This document shows positions 1 through 9,042 of a stretch of DNA of 64,000 bases, one piece after another. The number at the start of each line of letters is the position of its first letter. Position 1 is the stretch's first letter. Position numbers and translations under genes: made by a program. Under the pieces are notes generated by a model. That model did not search any database. It was given only the letters and a program-made list of their open reading frames with translations, and was not told the origin of the DNA. Where the stretch lies: positions 160,001-224,000 of the forward strand of contig CAXXET010000004.1 in assembly GCA_963666115.2 (NCBI GenBank), in the 5' to 3' direction. The stretch is from Dehalococcoidia bacterium. Lineage in GTDB: Bacteria > Chloroflexota > Dehalococcoidia > UBA6926.

Positions 1-1457
1 ATGCCAATGGCGACGATGAACGCGATGAGCAGCCCGCCCGCCGCCATTTCCACGCGCGACGCGTCCGTCAACCCCTGCCACCGCGGGCTGACCGGCCCGA
101 AGAAGACCTTGCCCAGCAGCCGCAGCACGTACACCGCCGTGATCGCCGCCGCGAACACCCCCAACACGCCCACCAGCGGATACGTATTGAACGCGCCGAT
201 GAACACCAGCAGCTCCGCGACGAATCCGCTGAGGCCCGGGAGCCCCAGCGAGGCTAAGCCTGCTATCGCGAAGAACGTCGCCGTCCCGCCCATCCGTTTG
301 GCCAGCCCCTCCAGCACGCCAATGTCCCGGATATGCGCGCGGTCGTACACCGCGCCGACAAGCACGAAGAAGAGAGCAGTCATCACCCCGTGCGAGAACA
401 TCTGGAGCACCGCCCCGTTCACGCCCAGCGGGTCCAGCGTCGCCAACCCCATGATCACGTACCCCATGTGGCTGACGCTGGAATACCCGATGACGTACTT
501 GAGGTCGCGCTGCCCCAGCGCGGATATCGCCCCGTACACCACGTTGACCGTCGCAAGGATGATCAGGACGGGCATCCACGCCTGCGCTCCCTCCGGGAAC
601 AGGTCCATCCCGATCCGCAGGATGCCGTACGCCCCCAGCTTCATCAGCACGCCCGCGTGAAGCATGCTCACGGACGTCGGCGCGGCGACGTGCCCGTCCG
701 GCGACCACGTGTGGAACGGCCACAGCCCGGCCAGCACGCCGAATCCGATGGCCACGAGCGGGAAGAAGATCAACTGGAATTCGCGTGAGTACTCCTCGTT
801 GTCGCGCAGGCTCAGGAAGTCGAACGTCGGATTGTCCGCGAAGATATACAGCGCGATAATCGCCACCCACACCAGGACGCTGCCGAGGCTGAGCATGATC
901 GTCAGCTTCATCGCGCTGTATTCCTTGGTGCGGCTGAACAATAAAGGCGGCACGTAGGAGCGGAAGTCCGTCGAGCTGCCCCACACCCCAATCAACAGGT
1001 ACATCGGGATGACGGCCAGTTCATAGAAGAAGAAGAAGAAGAACAGGTCAAGCGCGACGAAGACGCCGTACACCCCCGCGATCAGCAGCAGGAACAGGAC
1101 GAAAAACTCCTTGGAGCGCTCCGGGATGCGCCACGCCACAAGCGTCCCCGCGAACGCCACCACGCCGTTCAGCAACACCATCAGCACGGAGATGCCGTCC
1201 ACGCCCAGCGTGAAGCCAATGCCAAGGCTCGGCAGCCAATCGACGCGCGTCAGCGGCCAGAACTCCTCCCCCGCAGGCGCGCCCAGGTAGTGCCGCAGAG
1301 TCAGGTAGATGGACAGCGCGAAGGTGAAGCCCGTGACGGCGGTGGCGATGCTCCGAATCGCGGTGGGCCGGCTGCCCGGAACGAGAATAAGCGCCAGGCC
1401 GCCCACAAACGGCGCGAGAACCAACAGGCTTAAGACCAGTTCGTCCGCTTCAGCCAC
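1..1457 (-). CDS. nuoM: NADH-quinone oxidoreductase subunit M (3' end outside window)
   Basis: Manual minus-strand translation from GTG 1457 (GGAGG upstream): LGVDGIS, FFFFYELAVIPMYLLIGVWG, LWPFHTWSPDGHVAAP, IGYSSVSHMGY, QMFSHG, LASLGLPGLSGFVAE; frame open to the window edge. Confidence 0.93.
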   Translation of the reverse strand, partial: MAEADELVLSLLVLAPFVGGLALILVPGSRPTAIRSIATAVTGFTFALSIYLTLRHYLGAPAGEEFWPLTRVDWLPSLGIGFTLGVDGISVLMVLLNGVVAFAGTLVAWRIPERSKEFFVLFLLLIAGVYGVFVALDLFFFFFFYELAVIPMYLLIGVWGSSTDFRSYVPPLLFSRTKEYSAMKLTIMLSLGSVLVWVAIIALYIFADNPTFDFLSLRDNEEYSREFQLIFFPLVAIGFGVLAGLWPFHTWSPDGHVAAPTSVSMLHAGVLMKLGAYGILRIGMDLFPEGAQAWMPVLIILATVNVVYGAISALGQRDLKYVIGYSSVSHMGYVIMGLATLDPLGVNGAVLQMFSHGVMTALFFVLVGAVYDRAHIRDIGVLEGLAKRMGGTATFFAIAGLASLGLPGLSGFVAELLVFIGAFNTYPLVGVLGVFAAAITAVYVLRLLGKVFFGPVSPRWQGLTDASRVEMAAGGLLIAFIVAIG

Positions 1458-1545
1458 TCATCCCCTCCAACGGCAAAGCGCCAACCTCCGGCGGCAAAAG
1501 GCCAACCACCACTACCCGCCAATCATAGCCACACCCGCCGCCGTC

Positions 1546-1572
1546 TGTCATTCTGAGCGTAGCGAAGAATCT
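1546..1572 (+). repeat. REP-like palindrome, subtype A1 (TGTCATTCTGAGCGYAGCGAAGAATC)
   Basis: Near-identical copies at 24267-24293 and 37193-37219; intergenic. Confidence 0.85.
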
Positions 1573-1593
1573 CACGTCGGCTACACTCATCAC

Positions 1594-1968
1594 ATGGACT
1601 TCTTCAACGTCGGAGGACTTGAGCTTCTCTTTCTCGCCGGCCTCGCCATCATCATCGTCGGCCCCTCACGCGCCGCGGAGATGGCAGGCCAGATTGGCCG
1701 GCTCATCGCCAGCGCCCGCCGCACCATCAACTCCATGACCGAGGATTTGCGTACCCAGGCCCGCGAAGACACGGAGCCGCTGCGCTCCGCCCGTGACTCC
1801 CTCCGCGACGTTGAATCCAACCTCCGCCGCCCCTTCGACCTGTCCGAACCCCGCCCCAACACAGGCCGCGCCGAGCCGCCCCCGGAGGACGCGCCCCCGC
1901 CCGACGCGCCATCCGCTGATGAAAACGAACCCCCCGCCGAAGAGCCGCCGACGGAGGAAACCAGGTGA
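1594..1968 (+). CDS. tatB: Twin-arginine translocase TatB-like subunit
   Basis: MDFFNVGGLELLFLAGLAIIIVGP TM helix + GP hinge, amphipathic helix, acidic Pro-rich tail; overlaps tatC start. Confidence 0.85.
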   Translation: MDFFNVGGLELLFLAGLAIIIVGPSRAAEMAGQIGRLIASARRTINSMTEDLRTQAREDTEPLRSARDSLRDVESNLRRPFDLSEPRPNTGRAEPPPEDAPPPDAPSADENEPPAEEPPTEETR

Positions 1969-2711
1969 CAACGCCTGAGCCGGAGGGCGTGTCCGAAGCG
2001 ACAATGCCGCTGTCCGCCCATCTGCGGGAGCTGCGAACGCGCCTCATGTGGACGTTCATCGTCGTCGGCATCGGCGCCGTCGGCGCATTCGCCATCGGAA
2101 ACCGGCTCATTGACGTGCTGCTGATTCCATTCCCGGACGACATCGAAGTGGTCCAGATCGACGTGCTCGAGGGCGTCCGCGTCCGCATGAAGATCGCCAT
2201 CCTGGGCGGACTCATCGTCGCATTCCCGATGATCCTCTACCAGACGATCATGTTCATCCGTCCCGCCCTGACCGGCTCCGAGAAGCGTTTCGTCTATCTC
2301 GCCTTGCCAATCGTGAGTGTGCTGTTCGCGGCAGGAATCACGTTCGCGTTCTTCGTGCCGATACCCGTGATGATGCAGATACTCCCTCAATTCCTCGGGG
2401 ATGACATTGAGCCTCAGATTCGCATCGACAGCATCGTCGGGACAACCGTCTGGCTTATCTTTGCGATGGGGCTGCTCTTTGAGCTACCAATCGTCATGTA
2501 CCTGCTTGCGCGGCTGGACATCATCGACCCGGCAAGCCTGCGGACGAAGCGCAAGGGGGCAATCCTGCTCTCATTCGTCGCCGCCGCAATCATCACCCCC
2601 ACAGGCGACCCCATCAACATGGTCATCTGGGGCATCCCAATCTGGATCCTCTACGAAATCGGCCTCCTAATGGCCCGCCTCGCCGCCTGGCAGCGCAAAC
2701 GCGGCAGCTAG
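1965..2711 (+). CDS. tatC: Twin-arginine translocase TatC
   Basis: MPLSAHLRELRTRL, FIRPAL, GLLFELP, AAIITPTGDP, LYEIG motifs; multiple TM segments. Confidence 0.95.
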   Translation: MTTPEPEGVSEATMPLSAHLRELRTRLMWTFIVVGIGAVGAFAIGNRLIDVLLIPFPDDIEVVQIDVLEGVRVRMKIAILGGLIVAFPMILYQTIMFIRPALTGSEKRFVYLALPIVSVLFAAGITFAFFVPIPVMMQILPQFLGDDIEPQIRIDSIVGTTVWLIFAMGLLFELPIVMYLLARLDIIDPASLRTKRKGAILLSFVAAAIITPTGDPINMVIWGIPIWILYEIGLLMARLAAWQRKRGS

Positions 2712-2724
2712 GCCCTAAGCGCAG

Positions 2725-3195
2725 TCAGGCCCCCGCGCGAGAGTCCCCGTCGTCCCACAGATCCTCATCATCCAGCCAACCATTCTTCTGCGCCAGCCGG
2801 ATCCAAAGCCGCTGCGTATGCCGGGAATCCCGCCGCAGCTCCTCCAGGTTTTCATCCAGCCTGCGCATAATTTCAGCGAGGGTCTCCATCAGTCCGCTGT
2901 GGTCAATCAGCCTCTGCTCATGATCCCTAAGCATCGCGCGATTCTCACGCATCATCGCTTCATGCTCCTTGAGCCACGCGCGATGCTCGCTCATCGCCGC
3001 CTCATGCTCCTTGCGCCACGCGCGATCTTCGATCGCCGCCGCCTCATGCTCCCTGCGCCACGCCTCATGATTCGCGCGGTCTTCCGCAAGCGCCATCTCC
3101 TGATTCCGGATAATCGTGTCATGATCCTGCGACATGTTCATGAGCCGCATCAGCGCCTCTTCAAACATCTCCGTGCGGCTCTTTTCGTCAGTCAT
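2725..3195 (-). CDS. Hypothetical coiled-coil protein with 14-aa internal repeats
   Basis: 156 aa ORF; repeats HEAxxxExRAWxKE encoded by 42-bp tandem units at ~2959-3070. Confidence 0.7.
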   Translation of the reverse strand: MTDEKSRTEMFEEALMRLMNMSQDHDTIIRNQEMALAEDRANHEAWRREHEAAAIEDRAWRKEHEAAMSEHRAWLKEHEAMMRENRAMLRDHEQRLIDHSGLMETLAEIMRRLDENLEELRRDSRHTQRLWIRLAQKNGWLDDEDLWDDGDSRAGA

Positions 3196-3228
3196 GCCCG
3201 CTCCCCTCTCGCGCCCCGGGACGGCAGC

Positions 3229-3432
3229 CTACGACTTCCCAGCAGTCGAATCCGATTCCGCGCCATCCTTGGCGTCCTCGGACGTCTTGCCCTCCTCCAA
3301 CTCCGCCCCCTTGCGGAACTCCCGGATCGAGCTTCCCATCGAGCGCGCAAGCCCGGGCAGCTTGGCGCCCCCAAAAATCAACAGGATAATCGCCAGGATC
3401 AGGATCAGTTCGAGTCCGCTTGGAATGGTCAT
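3229..3432 (-). CDS. tatA: Twin-arginine translocase TatA/TatE subunit
   Basis: GLELILILAIILLIFGGAKLPGLARSMGSSIREFRKG; GGAGG RBS. Confidence 0.93.
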   Translation of the reverse strand: MTIPSGLELILILAIILLIFGGAKLPGLARSMGSSIREFRKGAELEEGKTSEDAKDGAESDSTAGKS

Positions 3433-3505
3433 GCTGCCTCCCTGCTCATGCCCACAGTATACGCGATGATGCTACTCGATACGCGATGATGCCGCCCGCG
3501 CCGCC

Positions 3506-4153
3506 CTACTCAAGGATCAGCGTGCCGAACGCGAAGACGAAGAACGTCGCAATAGCCAGCAGCCCCGTCCCAAGCGGCACCATCAGCATGGTCAAAATAG
3601 CCTGCGTGCCCACGAATCGGTTTGCCTCCCGAATCGCGATATACGTCAGGCGGATCGCCGTCACCGATGTCAGCGCCACGCCCAGCGTCATCACCCACGG
3701 TCGCGCCCCGTCCGCCACGAGCCATAGCAGCGCCGTCGGCACAAGGAGCCACACCGGCAGCGCGGCATACGTCATCGCCGCAAGCTCCTCCGCAATGCTC
3801 GCCTCCCCCTCGAACGCCTTGCCGATCAAGTGCAGCAGCATCATCGAAAACAGGAACGCCGCGTACCCGCCCCCAACAAACCCCGCCGCCCCAACCACGG
3901 CCCCCACAAACCCGTCAAAATCCCCAACCAGCCCCCCGGCGCCAAACAACGCCCCCGCCACCGCCAAACCAACGACCAGCGCCCCCGTCCCCCGCAGAGT
4001 CGGCTGATCGATAGCAATATCGCTGAACGTCCACGTAGGAGTCCGCACAATCCCGCGCAGATAAAACGCCAAGGGCCGCCTCCGCCGCTGCGGCCCCGGC
4101 GCCCCAACGCCGGGGTTGTCCCCGCTTACCGATGAGTTCGGATCGATGAACAT
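3506..4153 (-). CDS. Yip1-family multi-pass membrane protein
   Basis: GIVRTPTWTFSDI N-terminal motif, LLHLIGKAFEG loop, ~5 TM helices, AIREAN near C-terminus; start MFIDP at 4153. Confidence 0.7.
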   Translation of the reverse strand: MFIDPNSSVSGDNPGVGAPGPQRRRRPLAFYLRGIVRTPTWTFSDIAIDQPTLRGTGALVVGLAVAGALFGAGGLVGDFDGFVGAVVGAAGFVGGGYAAFLFSMMLLHLIGKAFEGEASIAEELAAMTYAALPVWLLVPTALLWLVADGARPWVMTLGVALTSVTAIRLTYIAIREANRFVGTQAILTMLMVPLGTGLLAIATFFVFAFGTLILE

Positions 4154-4177
4154 GGAGGCACGCCACAAGTCAGTTCT

Positions 4178-4960
4178 TCAGTTTCCAATTCTTACTTCCT
4201 GCCCCAATAGGAGCGCAATGACAATCGAGACGACAAGCAAGAGCATCGCTGCCACGTACCCTAGGATGACCGTCGGCAAAAGGCTTAAGGCAACCGTCAG
4301 GGCAGCTTTCGCTGGATGGAGGCCATAGTTCTCCTTGACCATTATGACCGCCAGTGAACCAATCAAGAGGAGTCCGGTTAAGACAAGCCCCAACGCAACA
4401 TTAGTTGCCGCGTGGAAGGCATCGTAGAAGATACTGGGGCCTCCAGGGCTGATGAACAGGGAAGCTGCTAGGATTCCGCCAGAAAATACCGCGTAGCCTA
4501 TCGCCGAAATCACTGACAACGCGGAAAAGGTCCTCAGGAACCCTGCGCGGCGCCCGAACCGTTCGGCTATCCAATGAAGATTCAGTGACCACGCGCCAAT
4601 GACGCTGATGGCGATGCAGCAATTCAAGGGGTTGACAGCTCCAATGGCGTCAACTTCACCTGATTTGAATTGATCAATCGACAGAGACCCATACTCGAGC
4701 AGGTGATAAGCAACAAAGAATGCTGCGCCACACACCGCGATGCCTACGCTAGCCGTCCCTACCCCGGCCAGCAACGGCCGCCGCTCCAAAATCTCCCGCA
4801 CAGTCGCCCCAGGCCGAATCACAAGCCCCACATACCACCGCAACACCGTCCGCAGCCAAAACTCCGACGGATAGCCCCCACCTGCAACAGGAGCATCCCC
4901 GCCCGAAATCGGCGGCTGGCTCGCACTCTCTTCTCCGTTCATCGCATCGCTCCCCGCCAC
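4178..4960 (-). CDS. Yip1-family membrane protein (array member, long leader)
   Basis: SEFWLRTVLRWYVGLVIRPGATVREI, HWIAERFG, KENYGL; alternative ATG start at 4942. Confidence 0.75.
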   Translation of the reverse strand: MAGSDAMNGEESASQPPISGGDAPVAGGGYPSEFWLRTVLRWYVGLVIRPGATVREILERRPLLAGVGTASVGIAVCGAAFFVAYHLLEYGSLSIDQFKSGEVDAIGAVNPLNCCIAISVIGAWSLNLHWIAERFGRRAGFLRTFSALSVISAIGYAVFSGGILAASLFISPGGPSIFYDAFHAATNVALGLVLTGLLLIGSLAVIMVKENYGLHPAKAALTVALSLLPTVILGYVAAMLLLVVSIVIALLLGQEVRIGN

Positions 4961-4991
4961 GCAGTCTACCCGTTAAACGCCAAGCATCGAT

Positions 4992-5699
4992 TCACACGGA
5001 TCCCATCCCGATCAAGAGTGCGATCACCAGCAGCGCAAGCGCAACAGTCAACGCAATGGGCAGCGCCGCTAGGCCAACGAGGAGTGCTACCCCCGAACGG
5101 ATTGGACCCAATTCATAGTTAGCCCTAATGATGTAATAGGTTAGGAAAATCGTCCAGGCTGTCGGGGCCACGCCAATTGCCGTAAGGATTCGCGGTCCCG
5201 TCGAGAAAGCCAGACTGACGCCGGCCACTTCCAGCAAGGCAGCTATGGCGATTGCCAGTATCCCAGTCATGACCGCCACGGCCGAGAGGTTGAGCAGCCC
5301 AACGTACATTGCAGACAGTTCTCCCCATCCGCGCATCAGACTCGCAACTAAGTGGAATACGACCGCAAGTACGCCTATAGATATGACGGCTATGAAGCTG
5401 ATTATGACTATCACTATCAGGCCGCCTACATTTGTGGGGAAACCGCCGCTGGGCTCCAGTGAATGTGACAGACCTCCGGAACCCGTATAGACGTTCCAAA
5501 GGAACAGCCACAGATACGAGCCGATGCACGCGGCGATCGCCCCTGCCCAAAACGGCCGCCGCTCCACAATCTCCCGCACCGTCGCCCCAGGCCGAATCAC
5601 AAGCCCCACATACCACCGCAAAAGCGTCCGCAGCCAAAACTCGCTCCGCACAGATTCTCCGGCAGCATCACTCGACGTCATCGCATCATCCCTCGCCAC
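4992..5699 (-). CDS. Yip1-family membrane protein (array member, short leader)
   Basis: Same conserved N-terminal block; HLVASLMRG; RANYEL. Confidence 0.75.
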   Translation of the reverse strand: MARDDAMTSSDAAGESVRSEFWLRTLLRWYVGLVIRPGATVREIVERRPFWAGAIAACIGSYLWLFLWNVYTGSGGLSHSLEPSGGFPTNVGGLIVIVIISFIAVISIGVLAVVFHLVASLMRGWGELSAMYVGLLNLSAVAVMTGILAIAIAALLEVAGVSLAFSTGPRILTAIGVAPTAWTIFLTYYIIRANYELGPIRSGVALLVGLAALPIALTVALALLVIALLIGMGSV

Positions 5700-5856
5700 G
5701 CAGTCTACACGTAAACGCTAAGCGCGGGCCCGCACCCGCCGCTGCGGCCCCGGCGCCCCAACACCGGAGGCATCCCCCCCCCGCCAAAGGATCAATAAAC
5801 ATCAACCCATACTATGGCATGGAGCCTGCAAGCGGCCTGGATTCTGAAGAGCCTTA

Positions 5857-6640
5857 TCAGGACGGCCACATTGCCGAAACCATCGACACAACAGCGAACA
5901 AAGTCAAAACCCACCCCGCAAAGGCCGCAAAGCCAAGGACGAGAGTAGGAATGATGCAGGCAGCGACAACTAATGCCGCCTTGCGTGCGCCGAGGTCATA
6001 GTTTTCCTGTATCAGAACGTATGCGATCACGTGGGCCCAGACGAGGACTCCTATGATGGCAAGGAGTGTCCCCGTGAGCAGCGCATTAACCGCGTCAAAG
6101 CCTGACGTGTTGAAGTAGACAAGCCCAAAACCAATAATCACCAGGCCGAACGCGCAAAACGCGACCGTAGAGACCAGCATCATGGAAACGATCGACGTCA
6201 AGTACCTGCCCTCGCCGCCTAGGTTGCCCCCAAGCACGTGCATCACAAGTACCCAGAGACCCAGGAGAGCGGAAGCCGTGGCGCAGTACCCGGCCAGTGC
6301 CAGGGGGGGCCACGATCAACGCTCTCACCGCCTCCGAGTCCTCCATGGCCATGGCAGCCACGTCAGGCCCCCCGTCGGCAAGGAAGATTCCGGCCATTGT
6401 GCCGATATACGAACCAAGAATGCCCAAACACAGCGAACCAAGCCCCAGCCAGAGTGACGGCCGCCGCTCCACAATCTCCCGTATCGTCGCCCCAGGCCGA
6501 ATCACAAGCCCCACATACCACCGCAAAAGGGTCCGTACCCAAAACTCCGACGGATAGTCCCCTCTGGTGACAGGAGTATCCCCGCCTGATGACGGCTGGC
6601 GCGCAATCTCATCCTCGTTCATCGCATCGTTCCCCACCAC
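5857..6640 (-). pseudogene. Yip1-family membrane protein, +1 frameshift in C7 tract
   Basis: ORFs 6095-6640 and 5857-6246 join into a close paralogue of 7544-8323 if one G of the G7 run at 6303-6309 is removed (IVAPLALAGY vs IVGPLAIAGY). Confidence 0.75.
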
Positions 6641-6757
6641 GCAGTCTACCTGTTAAACGCTAAACGCAGGGCTGCGTCGTGCTGCCAGCCTGCTGCTCCG
6701 CTCAACCCCGTTGCCGGATCAATGAACATGGCCTAATGAACCGCCCATACGTCGCAG

Positions 6758-7504
6758 CTATTCAAAGTGGGAGACGCCCATTAGGGCTGTGAGCCCCAGG
6801 ATAACCAGAACCCACGGAATATACGCGAAGAATATCCCAATGACAAAGGTTGATATCACGCTTGCCGCAACAGCCGTGGCCGCCTTCAGGGTTCTAATCC
6901 CATGCGTGCTCCGCAGAAGCAATGTCGCCAGAACGGCAACCCACAGGAGGCTCATCGGGCCTATAGCAAGAGTGGCGAAGCCAGCCACGTTCTCCGTCCC
7001 CGTCCTGTCGGGGTCAATGATCGGATACGCAATGCCCACAACAAGCATGCCTGCCGAAAGAAGCGTGAATCCGGCCAATAGGATGAACATCATCGAGCTG
7101 AAAGTTGTCTCCCAGTACTCACTGCGTCCAAACATCTTCCCGGTCCAGTGCAGCGAGACTCCCCATATAGCCGCATAAGTCACCACTAAACCGCAGTATC
7201 CTGTTAGCTCGACTACGGCAACAAGCCAGCCATTGTCTTCACCGACCATTGCCAAGTGGAAGCCTTCCCTGCCATCCAACAGCCACACACTTGCTGCAAC
7301 TGCCTCAAACGAGACAAGCGTCCCGACAATTGCCGTTAGCAACCCATATCGTAACGGCGGCTCCCTCAATACGATCTCCCGCACCGTCGCCCCAGGCCGA
7401 ATCACAAGGCCCACATACCACCGCAAAAGCGTCCGCAGCCAAAACTCGCTCCGCACAGATTCTCCGGCAGCATCACTCGACGTCATCGCATCATCCCCCG
7501 CCAC
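6758..7504 (-). CDS. Yip1-family membrane protein (array member, short leader)
   Basis: Leader nearly identical to 4992-5699 (MTSSDAAGESVRSEFW) but a different TM body; HWTGKMFG. Confidence 0.75.
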   Translation of the reverse strand: MAGDDAMTSSDAAGESVRSEFWLRTLLRWYVGLVIRPGATVREIVLREPPLRYGLLTAIVGTLVSFEAVAASVWLLDGREGFHLAMVGEDNGWLVAVVELTGYCGLVVTYAAIWGVSLHWTGKMFGRSEYWETTFSSMMFILLAGFTLLSAGMLVVGIAYPIIDPDRTGTENVAGFATLAIGPMSLLWVAVLATLLLRSTHGIRTLKAATAVAASVISTFVIGIFFAYIPWVLVILGLTALMGVSHFE

Positions 7505-7543
7505 GCAGTCTACCCGCTAAACGCCAAGCGCAGGGCTGCATCA

Positions 7544-8323
7544 TCAAACCACCCCCATCGCCGCAAGCATCGGCACAACGGCGAATAGAGTCCATATCCA
7601 CCCCACAAAGGCCGCAAGCCCAAAGATGAAAGTAGGAATGATGCAGACAGTGACCGTAATTATCGCCATACGTGTATCGAGGTCATAGTTTTCCCGCACC
7701 AGGACAGTTGCCGCCACATGACCCCAGACCAGGCCGCCTACGACGGCTATGAGCACCGTCATCAGCATCGCATTAATCACGTCAAAGCCTGACGTGTTGA
7801 AGTAGACAAGCCCAAAACCAACAATCATCAGGCCAAACGCAGAGAACGCGACCGTGCAGACCAACATCATCGAAACTAGCGACGTCGAATAAATGCCCCT
7901 GCCGCCCAGTTGAAGGCCGAGCGCGTGCATCACAAGTACCCAGAGACCCAGCAGAACGGGGGCTGCGGCAAAATATCCGGCTATTGCGAGGGGGCCGACT
8001 ATCAATGCTGTCACTGCCTCTGAGTCGTCCAAGGGAACGCCGTCAGGGCCGCCGCTTGCAAGCAAGATGCCCGCCACTGTGCCAATATACGAAGCAAGGA
8101 TGCCAAACCACAGGGAGCCAAGCCCCAACCAGAATGAAGGCCGCCGCTCCACAATCTCCCGCACCGTCGCCCCAGGCCGAATCACAAGGCCCACATACCA
8201 CCGCAAAAGCGTCCGCAGCCAAAACTCCGACGGATACCCTCCGCCTGCAACAGGTGCATCCCCACCCGGCATCGTCGGCTGGCGCGCAGTCTCATCTCCG
8301 TTCACCGCATCATCCCTCGCCAC
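7544..8323 (-). CDS. Yip1-family membrane protein (array member, long leader)
   Basis: Conserved N-terminal block; HALGLQLGG; RENYDL. Confidence 0.75.
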   Translation of the reverse strand: MARDDAVNGDETARQPTMPGGDAPVAGGGYPSEFWLRTLLRWYVGLVIRPGATVREIVERRPSFWLGLGSLWFGILASYIGTVAGILLASGGPDGVPLDDSEAVTALIVGPLAIAGYFAAAPVLLGLWVLVMHALGLQLGGRGIYSTSLVSMMLVCTVAFSAFGLMIVGFGLVYFNTSGFDVINAMLMTVLIAVVGGLVWGHVAATVLVRENYDLDTRMAIITVTVCIIPTFIFGLAAFVGWIWTLFAVVPMLAAMGVV

Positions 8324-8536
8324 GCAGTCTACCCGCTAAACGCCAAGCGCGGGGCTGCGTCATGGTGCCGCCCTGTTGCTCCACTCAAACCCGCCAAAGG
8401 ATCAATAAACATCAACCCATACTACGGCTCAACACAACCCAACAGCTCATTCAAAAGAGACGAGGCCACTGAGAGGTCATATTGTTTATCAACCACTATG
8501 GCCGCCTGGCAGCGCACACGCAGCAGCTAGGCCTCG

Positions 8537-8626
8537 TCACGCCAACCGTTCGATGTCGGAAATTAACTTGTTCGGATGATCATCACCCACCAAGTACATC
8601 GGCACGTTTGAGTCAACAAAGATCAC
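8537..8626 (-). pseudogene. VapC/PIN toxin remnant (29 aa)
   Basis: GTG start overlaps antitoxin stop (GTGA); MIFVDSNVPMYLVGDDHPNK is a PIN N-terminus, followed directly by LISDIERLA*. Confidence 0.7.
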
Positions 8627-8868
8627 GAGAGATTACGGCCCACCTCAATCTCGCTGAGCATCACATCGATGTCCGCCGTAGGATGCTTGTGACGATATGC
8701 TTTCGCAATGGCACGAAGCTTGGTCTCAACCGCATCAGGCCGGTCATTTCGTGCGCGGCGGAGAACCTGCCGAACCCACTCCGCGACGGTCATGCGTTGC
8801 CCCCGGGCGATACTTTGAATCTCCCGATACTCCTCGTCATCGAACAAGACTTGCAGTCGCTTTGCCAT
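8623..8868 (-). CDS. Ribbon-helix-helix (VapB/CopG-like) antitoxin
   Basis: MAKRLQVLFDDEEYREI..MTVAEWVRQVLR RHH pattern; PTADIDVML C-terminus; coupled to PIN remnant. Confidence 0.75.
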   Translation of the reverse strand: MAKRLQVLFDDEEYREIQSIARGQRMTVAEWVRQVLRRARNDRPDAVETKLRAIAKAYRHKHPTADIDVMLSEIEVGRNLS

Positions 8869-8969
8869 AACAGAAGTCTATCTTACTCATGGAGCTGTAG
8901 CCACGCAATAAACGCCTACCTGGTCTCAGTACTCTACGTCTTCGCAGCAGTCTACCCATTAAACGCCAA

Positions 8970-9001
8970 GCGCGGGGCTGCGTTATGACGCAGCCCCGCG
9001 C
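8970..9001 (-). terminator. Perfect 14-bp-stem hairpin after Yip1 gene 9043-9681
   Basis: GCGCGGGGCTGCGT-TATG-ACGCAGCCCCGCGC; followed on the minus strand by TTGGCGTTT (weak U-tract). Confidence 0.55.
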
Positions 9002-9042
9002 CCCTTTCAAAACTCTCCGCCAGAACGGCGGCCCCTCGCCTC

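Larger units (their letters stand above)
4961..8983. repeat. Six copies of a 25-37 bp junction/promoter motif (GCAGTCTACCCGYTAAACGCCAAGCGCRGGGCTGC)
   Basis: Copies start at 4961, 5700, 6641, 7505, 8324, 8947, each just upstream of a minus-strand gene; the minus strand contains a GGTAGACT -10-like element. Confidence 0.85.

Noticed and set aside
4961-8983. Integron attC sites in the Yip1 array
   Set aside because: Motif is too short, lacks paired RYYYAAC/GTTRRRY boxes, and no integron integrase is in the window
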